Of a stretch of DNA of 64,000 nucleotides, positions 51,191 to 62,042 are shown piece after piece (the first letter of the stretch is position 1; each line of letters begins with the position of its first letter). The notes below the pieces were generated by a model. That model had not been told where the DNA came from. It saw only the letters and a list, made by a program, of their open reading frames with translations, and did not search any database. The stretch covers positions 4,911 through 68,910 of the forward strand of contig JAFGWT010000327.1 in NCBI GenBank assembly GCA_016937015.1. Direction: 5' to 3'. The DNA is from Deltaproteobacteria bacterium. Its GTDB lineage: Bacteria > Myxococcota_A > Polyangia > JAAYKL01. The position numbers and the translations under genes are program-made.

Positions 51191-51653
51191 GTGAGTATAA
51201 AAATAACATATAAATTAAATACGTCCGCTTTGTCCCGGTCAAAAAAAAAAATATATTCAAGCGGTACTCGTAGGTGGGTTATTTCAGTATTTGAATCGCA
51301 AATTTGTTTTATGTCAGTTGTTACAATCCCGCCCAAATCTGTTCGCTTACAGATGCGATCCGATATGCGAAGCGGTGTAGCAACAGTTAACGAATCGGTC
51401 GTTCCTGACAGGGATTTGGACTGTACCCGGCCACTATTGCAACAAGCGGTTTCGAAGCTTCTGCTATCTGAATGTCATCAAGTTGATCCGGCGTGGATTG
51501 TTTTCGTTCCTCCCTCATTCGGCACAGGCAGACAGGATTAACTGCGACAATAGATGCAACACTGCGACAAATGTATTTTTCGTCGGAGACCCCGTTTAAA
51601 AGTCTTGGATGTCAATATAGGCGGATGCGTGGCAGACCTATCATGTGGTCCAA

Positions 51654-52097
51654 TTACTGAATTGTTAGTACAACCCTGGCGGACAGCGGATTAAAATCTC
51701 GTCTAAAACAATAACTGACACTGTCCTTTTTCGAAAATACCGCGCGAATGGTATTGGACAGTTCAAAGGGTTTACGCAAACCGATTTTAATTTTTTGCGC
51801 CTCCCAGTAGGCGTTTTCATCCTTTACTGTGCGATCAAACACTTTCTGGACAAATTTTGCTCTAAGCTGAGACGATTCCGGTGCATTAATCACAACTACA
51901 GAAACGCCTTTTACTGAACTCTTCTGTTTTAAAAACAGTCTGCGAACATCAGTGATATCAATTGAAGTAATCGCTGAGGATTTGTTCACAATCACAAGAA
52001 TGTCATCGGGCTGCCCACTCGTATTTCCCGAAGATACAGTGCTGATGATCAGCATAACCGCGACAACAAAGGCTGTGGGAAAAGCGCCGCTTTTCAT
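51654..52097 (-). CDS. Small secreted PstS-like (single PBP-domain) protein
   Basis: Signal peptide; ILVIVNKSSAITSIDITDVRRLFLKQK...LRAKFVQKV...YW...P; GGAG RBS before ATG 52097. Confidence 0.75.
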   Translation of the reverse strand: MKSGAFPTAFVVAVMLIISTVSSGNTSGQPDDILVIVNKSSAITSIDITDVRRLFLKQKSSVKGVSVVVINAPESSQLRAKFVQKVFDRTVKDENAYWEAQKIKIGLRKPFELSNTIRAVFSKKDSVSYCFRRDFNPLSARVVLTIQ

Positions 52098-52447
52098 TTG
52101 TCGTACTCCCTGGCATCGCCTTGCAAATTGTAATATGTAAGGGACATGAACCCGCCCGCGGGCAGACGTACTGGACGCTGATTGGTCCAATACCAGTGTC
52201 CCCCGAAAATAACGCACTCTCGTTTCACCTTCCACGATTGGCCAGTAATCGTCAATTCTCCGAAAATCACTTTCAAATTACTGGGGAACAATACTTCTGC
52301 ATATTTATCGTTAAAAATATTATCCCAATCCCATAGGTGTTTTTTGTTCAAGCGTCGCGCACCGGAGTGCGGGTCGAAATATGGTAGATATGCATCCATA
52401 AAATCGGTGTATTTGCCCCTGCAAAAATTTGCGTCAAGGGAAACCAT
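52094..52447 (-). CDS. Hypothetical ORF, possibly a remnant of an outer-membrane receptor C-terminus
   Basis: ATGA overlap with the PstS-like gene; aromatic-rich, contains DNIFNDKY. Confidence 0.35.
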   Translation of the reverse strand: MVSLDANFCRGKYTDFMDAYLPYFDPHSGARRLNKKHLWDWDNIFNDKYAEVLFPSNLKVIFGELTITGQSWKVKRECVIFGGHWYWTNQRPVRLPAGGFMSLTYYNLQGDAREYDK

Positions 52448-52729
52448 TGTATTTGGACGCCCGAAAATTAATTTTAATCGCGCTCAAATGGCTTAAATGT
52501 TCTCCGACCATAAATTTAGCCGAATGGTCACTGCCTTTTGTCGAATTGATAGACGATAAAAACATGGATTCTGGCCGGAATGACGCACCCTAAAACCAAC
52601 GTGCAATGCTCGACTGCAATGCTCTGTTTCAGTTAAAAGATCTTCAGGCTGCAGCACTTACGCGAAGACGAAAAAGCAGCTGTTCAAGCAACATTCGGGC
52701 TACCGAAATGATTCAAAAGAAGGGGCGAA

Positions 52730-53116
52730 TCAATTCCCGCCGCACATGGAATCGCAGGCGTCGGGATAGGATGTCCCCTCCGTTCCACCAGACATTGCGG
52801 CGACGGATTCATTGAACTGATCGCACGAAAGCGCTTCAATGCCTGCCGCGCATTCCCCGCCAAGTGCAGTGTCGAACGTTGCAGCTGGACACGTATCATC
52901 TGACATAACTGATGCGATCAAAGACTGCACGCACTGACTGTCCCCACCCAACTGCTCGTACATGGGGGCATTACAGGCTGACAGCTGGCTGCACATGACC
53001 TGAACCACCTGATTCTTCGTTTTTTCCGGCGGGGCATCGTCATCGCTGTCGGAACAGGATGAAATCGTCATCAATGAGAAGAGACAAATAATCAAAATCA
53101 GTCCACACTTTTTCAT
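52730..53116 (-). CDS. Small Cys-rich lipoprotein
   Basis: MKK plus hydrophobic stretch and ISSC lipobox; 8 further Cys; AAAGGA RBS. Confidence 0.8.
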   Translation of the reverse strand: MKKCGLILIICLFSLMTISSCSDSDDDAPPEKTKNQVVQVMCSQLSACNAPMYEQLGGDSQCVQSLIASVMSDDTCPAATFDTALGGECAAGIEALSCDQFNESVAAMSGGTEGTSYPDACDSMCGGN

Positions 53117-53223
53117 TTGTAGTCCTTTGGTAAAAAGACGCGCAATTGGGCGCCGTTCAGTATTCAATTGTCTAAGTGTGTCACGAGAATGTCTGACAGC
53201 AATGTCAACATGGTCGATATTTA

Positions 53224-53239
53224 TGCCGGCTTTGTGCCA
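53224..53239 (-). promoter_or_regulatory. Possible sigma-54 promoter
   Basis: Minus strand TGGCACAAAGCCGGCA = GG-N10-GC, about 110 nt upstream of the lipoprotein start; weak -12 match. Confidence 0.35.
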
Positions 53240-53258
53240 CAAAGGGCAACGGTAGGAT

Positions 53259-54701
53259 TCAACGACTGAAATAATCGATTTTGGAGCGGTCACTACTGGC
53301 CATCCGGGCACGTTTCCGGGCCCACTCTCTCATTTTTTTGATTTCAGGCTCAAATGTTTCGTACAGAGTCACATTATTATTCAGTGCGCGCCGAAAATCC
53401 GCGTCCGAAACACGCTCGTCTCGCTCGAATGCCAGATACATGGCACTGATAATCAACTGCTCCAACTCACTGCCAGTGAACTTTTCCGTTTTGGCAACCA
53501 GTGCAGTCACATCATAATCCGTTGGATTCAGCTGACGCTTCTTCATATGCAGCGTCAGGATATCCAGGCGCTCGTTTGAATCTGGTAAATCCACAAAGAA
53601 AATCTCATCAAATCGCCCCTTACGCGGCAACTCTGGCGGCAACGCATCCACTTTGTTGGCAGTGGCAACCACAAACACTTCCTTTTTCTTTTCCTGCAGC
53701 CAAGTGATTAGTCCGCCAAGAAGCCTTGCCTCCGTCCCCTTGTACTGGTTGTCAAAGCCCTTCTCTATCTCATCTATCCACAACACCATTGGCGCCATTG
53801 CCTCGGCGATCTTCAAGGATGAGCGAAGCGATTCCTCTGGAAATCGCTGTCCAAATACTGCGGCGATATCCATCCGCACCAGCGGCAATTGCCAGAATCC
53901 AGCAACGGATTTCGCTGCCAGCGATTTGCCGCATCCCTGAATTCCCATTAAAAGCAACCCCTTGGGAACAGGTAATCCGTATGACTGCGCCTTGGATGAA
54001 AACGCCTTTTCTCTGGAGCGAAGCCACCCTTTCAGCATATTCATTCCCCCTACCTGGGTGAAATCGGAATCCACTTCCACATGTTCAAGCACATTGCTTC
54101 GCAGCAGGGCTTTTCGCTTTTCCTTTTCCAGGGAAGCCTGGGCTGCCGCAATCTCTTCGGGCCATCCCAAAAGAGCTTTTCGAAAACCGCGCCTCGCCTC
54201 CCCTTCAGTTAATCCCTGGGACACGCGCACCATCGTTTCAGCGTCCACATCCACCAGTAGCACACCCGTTTCAACGCATACTGCGTCAAGGATCTCTTTT
54301 AACCGGCGCACATCCGGCAGCGGATATTCCATAATTGAACTCAATCGCTCAATTTCAGGCGGAATCGAAATCCACGAAAGAATCATAACCACCGATCCCC
54401 CATCGGAAAGATCGAGATCCGATAACAATCTAACGACCGACGGATTCTCCAACTGCCTTGCCGCTTCGGCCAACACCAGCACTTTTCCCTTTGACAGCTG
54501 AGTCATCTGCGACTCAATCTCCACCAGAGTCCCTGGTTTTCGGGGGATGATGCAATCCAGATTCGCCAGCTCGCAAGCTTTATGAATCTCTGGAATGACA
54601 CTCTGCTCTTCGAATGCCGAAATAAATACAATTGGAAACTCAGACCTTAAGTTCAATGCCAGCTCTTCTGCAAAATTCATTTTTTCCTCTGCCTTCTTCA
54701 A
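53259..54701 (-). CDS. Ycf46-family AAA+ ATPase
   Basis: VGGMNMLKGWL, GIQGCGKS, LWIDEIEKG, RKGRFDEIFFVDLP, REWARKRARMAS. Confidence 0.92.
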   Translation of the reverse strand: MKKAEEKMNFAEELALNLRSEFPIVFISAFEEQSVIPEIHKACELANLDCIIPRKPGTLVEIESQMTQLSKGKVLVLAEAARQLENPSVVRLLSDLDLSDGGSVVMILSWISIPPEIERLSSIMEYPLPDVRRLKEILDAVCVETGVLLVDVDAETMVRVSQGLTEGEARRGFRKALLGWPEEIAAAQASLEKEKRKALLRSNVLEHVEVDSDFTQVGGMNMLKGWLRSREKAFSSKAQSYGLPVPKGLLLMGIQGCGKSLAAKSVAGFWQLPLVRMDIAAVFGQRFPEESLRSSLKIAEAMAPMVLWIDEIEKGFDNQYKGTEARLLGGLITWLQEKKKEVFVVATANKVDALPPELPRKGRFDEIFFVDLPDSNERLDILTLHMKKRQLNPTDYDVTALVAKTEKFTGSELEQLIISAMYLAFERDERVSDADFRRALNNNVTLYETFEPEIKKMREWARKRARMASSDRSKIDYFSR

Positions 54702-54759
54702 TCAATACTAGCAAAATAAAATGAAGATCGAAAAAAACGGCATGAAAATATGTGGTCTT

Positions 54760-56064
54760 TCAGTTGCCGCGCTCAGGGTGGAGCGGCAGGTTCACAACAA
54801 ATCGGCTGCCAACATTCACTTTGGATTCAACACGTATCCCGCCGCCGTAAGAATGCACGATGCCAAAACATGTTGCCAACCCCAGTCCGGTGCCTTCACC
54901 GACGTCTTTTGTAGTAAAGAAGGGATCAAATATTTTGGAAAGATTTTCCTCCGGAATTCCGCAGCCGGTATCGCGAATGGCCACCATCACCTGAGCGTCT
55001 TCAAGCCATGAACGAATACTGATTTCATTGGATTCGGATTGGGTATATTTCAGCGAATGAATCGCATTGGTCAGCAGATTCAGAAAAACCTGAAACAGTT
55101 TACTCTCATTAACTGAAATGGATGGCAGCTCCGCGTACTCTTCATGGAGCGTCGCAAAAATGCGAATATCGTGTCTCGCGAGGTTGACAACCTTGCGAAG
55201 TACATCGTTTATGGACACATGTCTGGTGTTCTCATTTCGGTCGGTGCGTGCAAACCGGGACAGGTCCTGTACAATTTTCGATATGCGATTTGCCCCGTCA
55301 ATGGCAATCTCCATCCCTTCGTGAATAGCCGTAATTTTTTTAATAATTTCAGCATATTGTTCATCATCTTTAAACGATTTTGTCAACTCAATAATCGACT
55401 GACTGCCCTTGGCGGCCCTGCGCAAATGTGACAACATAAATGAAAGCGGGTTGCGTATTTCGTGTGCCACTCCCCCCACCAGTTTACCAATGGCTTCCAG
55501 CTTTTGCTTTTGACGCAGTTGTTCATCCTTGGACCGGATTTCAGCCAGACTTTTTTCAAGCGCCAGACTCGTCCGTTCGAGTTCCTTGCGCTGCCTGAAC
55601 AAATCCACAAAGACACGGGTCTTGCTGATCAGAATTTTGGGCTCAATCGGCTTGAACAGATAGTCCACTGCACCGGAATCATATCCGCGAAAGAGGTGAT
55701 GTTCATCCTTATTGACGGCTGACACAAAAATAATCGGGATATGGTTTGTTTTACTATTGGACCTCATAAGTTCCGCTGTTTCATAACCATCCATCCCCGG
55801 CATCTGCACATCCATGATAACCAGCGCAAATTCCTTCAGCAGCAGCTGACGCAGGGCATCCTGCCCGGAATTCACCGATGTAATTGCCAGTGAATCGCTC
55901 CCGAGAAGATTTTCAAGCGCAAACAGATTTTCCCGCCGGTCGTCTACCAGCAGTATGTCCACCGCCATTTTGGCTGGCGCCGGAGCGATGGACACTCCCA
56001 TTGGCACTCGATTTCCATAGGGATTCTGCCCGTTGCTCATATATGTTTTATCGCTTTCAGACAC
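54760..56064 (-). CDS. Receiver-HisKA-HATPase hybrid kinase
   Basis: ILLVDDRRENL, MDVQMPGMDG, GAVDYLFKP, AHEIRNPL, GEGTGLGL. Confidence 0.94.
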   Translation of the reverse strand: MSESDKTYMSNGQNPYGNRVPMGVSIAPAPAKMAVDILLVDDRRENLFALENLLGSDSLAITSVNSGQDALRQLLLKEFALVIMDVQMPGMDGYETAELMRSNSKTNHIPIIFVSAVNKDEHHLFRGYDSGAVDYLFKPIEPKILISKTRVFVDLFRQRKELERTSLALEKSLAEIRSKDEQLRQKQKLEAIGKLVGGVAHEIRNPLSFMLSHLRRAAKGSQSIIELTKSFKDDEQYAEIIKKITAIHEGMEIAIDGANRISKIVQDLSRFARTDRNENTRHVSINDVLRKVVNLARHDIRIFATLHEEYAELPSISVNESKLFQVFLNLLTNAIHSLKYTQSESNEISIRSWLEDAQVMVAIRDTGCGIPEENLSKIFDPFFTTKDVGEGTGLGLATCFGIVHSYGGGIRVESKVNVGSRFVVNLPLHPERGN

Positions 56065-56288
56065 AATACACTTTTGTTTTAGCCCCAGTCCAGTTTGTGT
56101 ATCGGTCCGGCACCATGGAAATTAAGCTGAGTTATCTGGCTTTTGCGTCTTTCGTTTCTTACCTAACTAGTTAGCCAGGAAAGCGACTGTAAACAAGTGG
56201 CATCAAACAATCGAAAAAACATAATAATATAAAAAGCTTAAAACATATAAATTAATGTATTTTATTATTCAAATATCGAGACATCTTC

Positions 56289-56318
56289 TTGTCTTGGGCT
56301 GCCCAAATATGGTATAAG
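56289..56318 (+). promoter_or_regulatory. Putative sigma-70 promoter with a palindrome in the spacer
   Basis: TTGTCT(56289)-N18-TATAAG(56313), extended TG at 56310; TTGGGC-T-GCCCAA at 56294..56306. Confidence 0.45.
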
Positions 56319-56363
56319 CCGAAATCGAAGCATTTTTAATAAAACAGTAATAATAAAACATTA

Positions 56364-59318
56364 ATGAACACTAACTTCCCATCGCTCCGTCAATTGCAAG
56401 TCCTTTTTAGACAGCGTTGCGGTGCCCAAGTCTGGGCACAGGGCGAGCGTCTGGCCCAGATGGATGCGGTCGAAGGCTTATCTTCATCAACCGATGAAAT
56501 TGAATTTCGTGTGAATACACCGGCCGAGGTGACCGATCCAACGGTGATTTTGTATCCAGAAGACAATGAATGGGAATGTTCGTGCAAACTGAAAACAGAT
56601 TGCTGTGCTCATGTGGCGGCATGCATCATCGCTACCCTTTCAGCCAATCAGCGCGGCGCTCCTTTGCCTAAAAAGGAGAAACGCCCCACCCGCCTTGAAT
56701 ATCGCTTTTACAGACATGGGACCATGCTAACGCTGACCCGCAATTACATTGCCGCCACAGGGCAAAGGCAGACTTTGACCCGCCCTATTATGTCGCAGAT
56801 TGCCGCGCGTACCTTTCCTTTGGGCTATCGGCCCGCACAGCTTGATCTGAATGCGGATTTAATCATTGGACGAAACATTCACCCCCAGAAAAAACTCCCC
56901 GCCGACCTGCTTGCGGACCTCATAGCGGAACTGGGCGAAGTGGAATTGGTTTTTCTCGATGATCACCCTATCGCCGTTTCTCCGGAACCAGTACTGCCGC
57001 GGATAGAGGTGCTTGCCACCGGCGACGGCGGCGTGGAGCTGCGTTTGAACCCCAATCCCGATCTCGACGAGATTCTGGCTCCCGGGGCAGGCCTGTGTGG
57101 AAACACCATTCAGCCAATTGGTCAGCGTGGGATTTGCGGTGACGCCATGGAAAAGCTGCCCCGGCGAATCACTTACGGCCGCAAGGATCTGGCGGAGTTT
57201 GTCGCCGATGTCCTGCCACAACTGGAACGGGATAATTATGTGGACATCCGAACGGATATCCTGCCTCCGATCTCACGATTTGTAGAGCCGCGGCTCATTA
57301 TGAACATGCGCCAGGATGGCAGCACTGTGACGGTCCTTCCGGAAATTGTATATGGAAATCCGCCTCATGTAAAAATAAAGAACGGCCGGATGGAGTATAT
57401 TGATGGCAGCATTCCGGTGCGTGACATCAAGGCCGAAAAAGAGATGGAAGCCACCCTCAGGGACGATCTCAATCTGGTCCCGGGTAGAAAAGTCCTATAC
57501 AATCGCCGTGATGCATCGATTTTTGTTGAAAAAGCGCAGGAATGGAGCGAATCCACTCTGGATGCAACCCAGCATGCCATCCGAAACGCTGCGCCTCTCG
57601 TGCCCAGGGTTGAGGTGAACGACGACGCATTCGACATCTGGTTTACATTGGAAAACATGGAAGATCCGACATTTAACGGGCGTCAGGCCAACGCCCGAAA
57701 TGTGCTCGAAGCCTGGGGGGAAGGACTCAATCTGGCGCCACTGGAAGGCGGCGGTTTTGCTCCCATCCCGCAGAGCTGGCTGGATAAGCACGCGGCGCTG
57801 GTTCTGGACCTGCTCGATGCCAGACGGGATGAAGACAAAAAAGTTGCAACCGCTGCCGTTCCAATGCTCGCCAGGCTCTGCGATGACCTCGACATCGAGC
57901 ATCAACCGTGTTTTAGCCGGCTATCGCCGCTGATTGATAATTTTAATACGATTACAGAAGCCCCGCTTCCGGGTGATCTCACCGCCACGTTGCGGGGATA
58001 CCAGAAGCGCGGCGTCGACTGGCTGGTATTTCTGCGCAACGCCAGTCTTGGGGGGGTGCTCGCCGATGATATGGGTCTGGGAAAAACCATTCAGGCGCTA
58101 TGCGCCATGACTGGCAAGACCCTCGTGATCTGTCCCACCAGCGTGATTCACAACTGGGCGTCTGAAGCGGCGACCTTCCGTCCTGGACTCAAAGTTTGCG
58201 TATTCCACGGACAGAACCGCACCCTGGACATGTCTGCGGATCTGATTATCACCAACTATTCTCTGCTTCGAATTGAACGGGCAGCACTCACCAGCCACGA
58301 GTGGGACTGTGTAGTCCTTGACGAATCTCAGAATATCAAGAATCCCGGCAGTCAGGCTGCCAAAGCCGCATTTCGACTCAAGGCGTCGTTCCGTCTCGCC
58401 ATGAGCGGCACCCCGGTAGAGAACCGTCTCGAAGAACTGTGGAGCGTCTTCAATTTTACCAACCCCGGCCTGCTGGGCAATTACCGCAAATTCCAAAAGC
58501 GGTTTTCCATTCCGATTGGACTGGGTGATCAGATTGCCACCGCCAGTCTGCGTCAGAAAATCAAACCATTCGTTTTGCGTCGCCGCAAAGACGAAGTGGA
58601 GCTGGAGCTGCCCAGCCGAACCAATCTATTGCTGTACTGCGAGCTCAATGAATCCGAGCGGAACATCTACGATGCGGTTCGTGCGGCAACCAGCAGTTCC
58701 ATTGTTAAATCCCTGGAGGCCGGCGGGAGTATTATGGCAGCACTCGAGCAACTGCTTCGCCTTCGCCAGGCGGCCTGTCACCCATCTCTTGTACCCGGCC
58801 ATGAGGCAGCCACATCATCCAAAATTGACCTGCTGATGCAGGAAATCACCGCCACCATCGCCAACGGTCACAAGGCACTGATTTTTTCCCAATGGACCGG
58901 TTTTCTGGATTTGGTGGAGCCCCACCTCAGGCAGTCGAACATTACTTTTGTGCGACTGGACGGGAGCACCAGGGATCGCGCCGGTGTAGTTGAAACCTTT
59001 CAGGGGGATGATGGACCGCCGGTGATGCTCATCTCGCTGAAAGCCGGAGGCACCGGGCTCAACCTCACGGCGGCCGATCATGTCTTTTTGCTGGATCCAT
59101 GGTGGAATCCGGCGGCAGAAGACCAGGCTGCTGACCGAACACACCGCATCGGACAGGACAAACCCGTGTTTGTTTACCGCATCGTGGCCTCGGGCACAGT
59201 GGAAGAGAAAATCCTTGGGCTCCAGGAGAAAAAACGCAAACTCGCCGAAGCCGCCATCGGCGACGCCGGTCAGGCTCTTTCAATCACTCGCGAAGATCTC
59301 ATTAACCTGCTGCGGTAA
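56364..59318 (+). CDS. SWIM zinc finger SNF2-family helicase
   Basis: WECSC...CCAHVAA; [54 protein letters not shown]. Confidence 0.95.
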   Translation: MNTNFPSLRQLQVLFRQRCGAQVWAQGERLAQMDAVEGLSSSTDEIEFRVNTPAEVTDPTVILYPEDNEWECSCKLKTDCCAHVAACIIATLSANQRGAPLPKKEKRPTRLEYRFYRHGTMLTLTRNYIAATGQRQTLTRPIMSQIAARTFPLGYRPAQLDLNADLIIGRNIHPQKKLPADLLADLIAELGEVELVFLDDHPIAVSPEPVLPRIEVLATGDGGVELRLNPNPDLDEILAPGAGLCGNTIQPIGQRGICGDAMEKLPRRITYGRKDLAEFVADVLPQLERDNYVDIRTDILPPISRFVEPRLIMNMRQDGSTVTVLPEIVYGNPPHVKIKNGRMEYIDGSIPVRDIKAEKEMEATLRDDLNLVPGRKVLYNRRDASIFVEKAQEWSESTLDATQHAIRNAAPLVPRVEVNDDAFDIWFTLENMEDPTFNGRQANARNVLEAWGEGLNLAPLEGGGFAPIPQSWLDKHAALVLDLLDARRDEDKKVATAAVPMLARLCDDLDIEHQPCFSRLSPLIDNFNTITEAPLPGDLTATLRGYQKRGVDWLVFLRNASLGGVLADDMGLGKTIQALCAMTGKTLVICPTSVIHNWASEAATFRPGLKVCVFHGQNRTLDMSADLIITNYSLLRIERAALTSHEWDCVVLDESQNIKNPGSQAAKAAFRLKASFRLAMSGTPVENRLEELWSVFNFTNPGLLGNYRKFQKRFSIPIGLGDQIATASLRQKIKPFVLRRRKDEVELELPSRTNLLLYCELNESERNIYDAVRAATSSSIVKSLEAGGSIMAALEQLLRLRQAACHPSLVPGHEAATSSKIDLLMQEITATIANGHKALIFSQWTGFLDLVEPHLRQSNITFVRLDGSTRDRAGVVETFQGDDGPPVMLISLKAGGTGLNLTAADHVFLLDPWWNPAAEDQAADRTHRIGQDKPVFVYRIVASGTVEEKILGLQEKKRKLAEAAIGDAGQALSITREDLINLLR

Positions 59319-59450
59319 TCCGCAGCGTATTACGACCTGCTGCGGTAATCCGCAGCGTATTACGACCTGCTGCGGTAATCCGCAGTGTATTACGACCTGC
59401 TGCGGTAATCCGCAGCGTATTACGACCTGCTGCGGTAATCCGCAGCGTAT
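59305..59450. repeat. 30-bp tandem repeat, about 4.9 copies, each with a 7-bp hairpin
   Basis: Unit ACCTGCTGCGGTAATCCGCAGCGTATTACG at 59305, 59335, 59365 (C>T at 59386), 59395 and 59425 (partial). Confidence 0.97.
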
Positions 59451-59651
59451 CAGTTCCAGCGAATCACACCAAAATCCTACCACCGAAACCATTAAATATT
59501 TTTCAGGTCCCATTGCGTGTGTTCCGACAAGGCGTTTCGCCCCTTTACACGCGTTACAAAGGGAATATCTGCGCTATAATTCACTGGATAGGAGCTGAGG
59601 GATTTTGTTGCATATTGCAGTTGGTCCGGATTTTTCTTTAAAATGGTTTAT

Positions 59652-60086
59652 TCAGCAACTGACGAAAGGTCTGGATGCGTTGTACTCACTGACGATATCC
59701 GCTATGAAATATTCGTCGACGTTCAGCCACTGGGCAGCGCCCTGTAGATCTCGAAAGAGTCTGGTAACCCACGGGCGCCTGAAAATTTTGTTTTCCGCGG
59801 CTTTATAGATTCGCCCCAGTCCGTAAAGGCTGTCCCGCCCGAGCAATACAGCGGTTCGGGATCCTGGAGGGCGAAGGGTTGTGGATCGTGCAACTATTGG
59901 AATCAGCTTTTTAGTCAGCGACGGGGTGATCAGCCGTGCATCCGAATCAAAATAGAACAACTCATCACGGGTTGGCCCTGCCTCCAGATATTTTTCGAGA
60001 ATCTTTAAAATATTCCGGTACGAATCATTTTTATTAAAATAAAATAACGTAAAATCCCGTTCGGGTACTGTATGAATAAACATCAC
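59652..60086 (-). CDS. Hypothetical protein, STAS/SpoIIAA-like
   Basis: SRTAVLL..DSLYGLGRIY...RLFRDLQGAAQWL pattern; GGAAGG RBS. Confidence 0.65.
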   Translation of the reverse strand: MMFIHTVPERDFTLFYFNKNDSYRNILKILEKYLEAGPTRDELFYFDSDARLITPSLTKKLIPIVARSTTLRPPGSRTAVLLGRDSLYGLGRIYKAAENKIFRRPWVTRLFRDLQGAAQWLNVDEYFIADIVSEYNASRPFVSC

Positions 60087-60315
60087 AGACCTTCCATTTC
60101 AGTGGAACAAAATGTTTGTTTCGGACTTATATACAGTATTCCGGAATTAGTTCAATCAGTAATCGAATAAAAATGTAACGGGGATCTATCAGCAGGACGC
60201 AGCTGTCTCAGTTCATCAATAAATCAAATTTATGAATTTTGAAGCGCTTTAAATCATGTTACAAATCCCATCTTTTAAAAAGTCATTAGACAAATTGGTA
60301 ACGAGAGGAAATAAC

Positions 60316-61548
60316 ATGAGCACAGATGCCAAAAAGAAAGTGGTTCTCGCCTACAGCGGCGGTCTGGATACATCCATCATATTAAAATGGTTGCTCGAAC
60401 GGGATTTCGAAGTAATCGCCTACATCGCCGACGTGGGTCAAAATGATGACTTTGAGGCGGCACGGGTAAAGGCGCTCAAAATTGGCGCGAGCAAGGTATA
60501 CGTTGAAGATCTCCGCGAGGAATTCGTAACGGACTATATTTTCCAGATGTTCAAAGCCAATACAGTTTACGAAGGACGGTATCTGCTGGGCACCAGTATC
60601 GCCCGGCCCATTATCGCCAAGCGCCATATTGAAATCGCCGAAAAAGAGAATGCGGAGTACGTATCCCACGGTGCGACTGGCAAAGGCAATGACCAGGTGC
60701 GATTTGAATTGGGATTCTACGCCCTCAAACCCGACGTGAAAGTGATTGCCCCATGGAAAATGCAGGAATTCCTCGATGAATTCAAAGGGCGCACCGATTT
60801 GCTGAACTACGCTGAGAAACACGGCATCCAAACAACAGTGACCCACAAAAAACCGTACAGTGAAGACGACAATCTGCTGCACATCAGCCACGAAGCCGGG
60901 GTTCTCGAAGATCCATTCTTCCGTCCGCCCAAAGAGGTATTCAGCAAAACCGTTGATCCCGAAGACGCCCCTGATAAACCCACCAATATCAACGTGACGT
61001 TTGCCAAAGGGGTTCCCGTCAAAGTTGAGAACGAAGAAGATGGCACCGTGGTCGAAAAACCATTGGAGCTGTTCCTGTACCTCAACCAGCTGGGTCACGA
61101 CAACGGCATCGGCCGCGTGGACATCGTTGAAAACCGCTATGTGGGACTAAAATCACGCGGTGTGTATGAGACCCCCGGAGGCACCATATTGCTGGAAGCT
61201 CACAGAGACATCGAAGGAATAACGATGGACCGCGAAGTCATGCGCATCCGCGATATGATCGTGCAAAAGTACGCCGACGCCATATACAACGGCTACTGGT
61301 TCAGCCCTGAGATGGACTTTTTGAACACCATCATCGACAAAAGTCAGGAAGACGTGGACGGCGTAGTATCCCTCAAACTCTACAAAGGTGGCGTATACGT
61401 CACCGGCCGAAAGAGCCCCAAGTCCCTCTACAACGAAGACATGTCCAGCATGGATATCGAAGGCGGCTACGACCAAAAAGACGCCGCGGGCTTTATCCGC
61501 ATCAATGCGGTCCGCCTCAAAGCCGGCGCCAGCCGCATCAAACGCTAA
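60316..61548 (+). CDS. argG: Argininosuccinate synthase
   Basis: [50 protein letters not shown]; start ATG 60316 after GAGG. Confidence 0.98.
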   Translation: MSTDAKKKVVLAYSGGLDTSIILKWLLERDFEVIAYIADVGQNDDFEAARVKALKIGASKVYVEDLREEFVTDYIFQMFKANTVYEGRYLLGTSIARPIIAKRHIEIAEKENAEYVSHGATGKGNDQVRFELGFYALKPDVKVIAPWKMQEFLDEFKGRTDLLNYAEKHGIQTTVTHKKPYSEDDNLLHISHEAGVLEDPFFRPPKEVFSKTVDPEDAPDKPTNINVTFAKGVPVKVENEEDGTVVEKPLELFLYLNQLGHDNGIGRVDIVENRYVGLKSRGVYETPGGTILLEAHRDIEGITMDREVMRIRDMIVQKYADAIYNGYWFSPEMDFLNTIIDKSQEDVDGVVSLKLYKGGVYVTGRKSPKSLYNEDMSSMDIEGGYDQKDAAGFIRINAVRLKAGASRIKR

Positions 61549-61676
61549 CCATCTCCCTGTTGTTCTCACACGAACGCCAGTTATGACAAGGGGTTCGGAC
61601 AATCATGACTGCTCCGGGCGCCATGTTGCCAAGGGTAAATGGCCAATTAACAGTCCCAACCCCAGTCTTCACACCT

Positions 61677-61730
61677 CCGTCAACCCAATTTAACAGCCCC
61701 GTCAACCCAATTTAACAGCCCCGTCAACCC
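61677..61730. repeat. 22-bp tandem repeat, about 2.5 copies
   Basis: CCGTCAACCCAATTTAACAGCC at 61677 and 61699, partial copy at 61721. Confidence 0.9.
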
Positions 61731-61844
61731 TGTTTGTGCAGGATTTCGCACAGATTTCCAGACCTCCGTTCCCAATTTCCCAATCAGCTCCCCCTCCCCC
61801 ACGGCACTCGCCCCTCCGAAACAGCAATAAAAAAGAACCGCCAG

Positions 61845-61916
61845 CGTCATTCATTTCCTCGAAGGAGGAAATCCGATGAGCGCTATCAAGATCCCCGAAC
61901 GGAGTCGGGGATGACG
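61845..61916. repeat. REP-like double palindrome between convergent genes
   Basis: CGTCAT...ATTTCCTC-GAAG-GAGGAAAT...ATCCCCGA-ACGGAG-TCGGGGAT-GACG: two perfect 8-bp stems with complementary outer ends. Confidence 0.65.
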
Positions 61917-62042
61917 ATGCTGTTCGGAGAGCTTGTTGGCGCTGTCAGTATCCCCGACCGGCGTGGGAAACGAGATGTTGAAACGGCGTTGGGCATTGCG
62001 TTCATCCGGAACAATGAAGCCATATCCGCCAACCGACTTTTA

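Noticed and set aside
53259-59318. AAA ATPase plus SNF2 helicase as an anti-phage defence system
   Set aside because: They are divergent, separated by a kinase, belong to common chromosomal families, and have no nuclease or methylase partner.
59305-59450. CRISPR array (palindromic 30-bp repeats)
   Set aside because: Units are head-to-tail with no unique spacers and there are no cas genes in the window.
59080-59598. ORFs with repeated [10 protein letters not shown] or CGLPQQVVIR as RiPP precursors
   Set aside because: They are translations of the 30-bp DNA repeat, identical at the nucleotide level, and overlap the SNF2 gene out of frame or antisense.
60382-61602. Long antisense ORFs over argG
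   Set aside because: Explained by strong codon bias of argG; no recognisable protein features.
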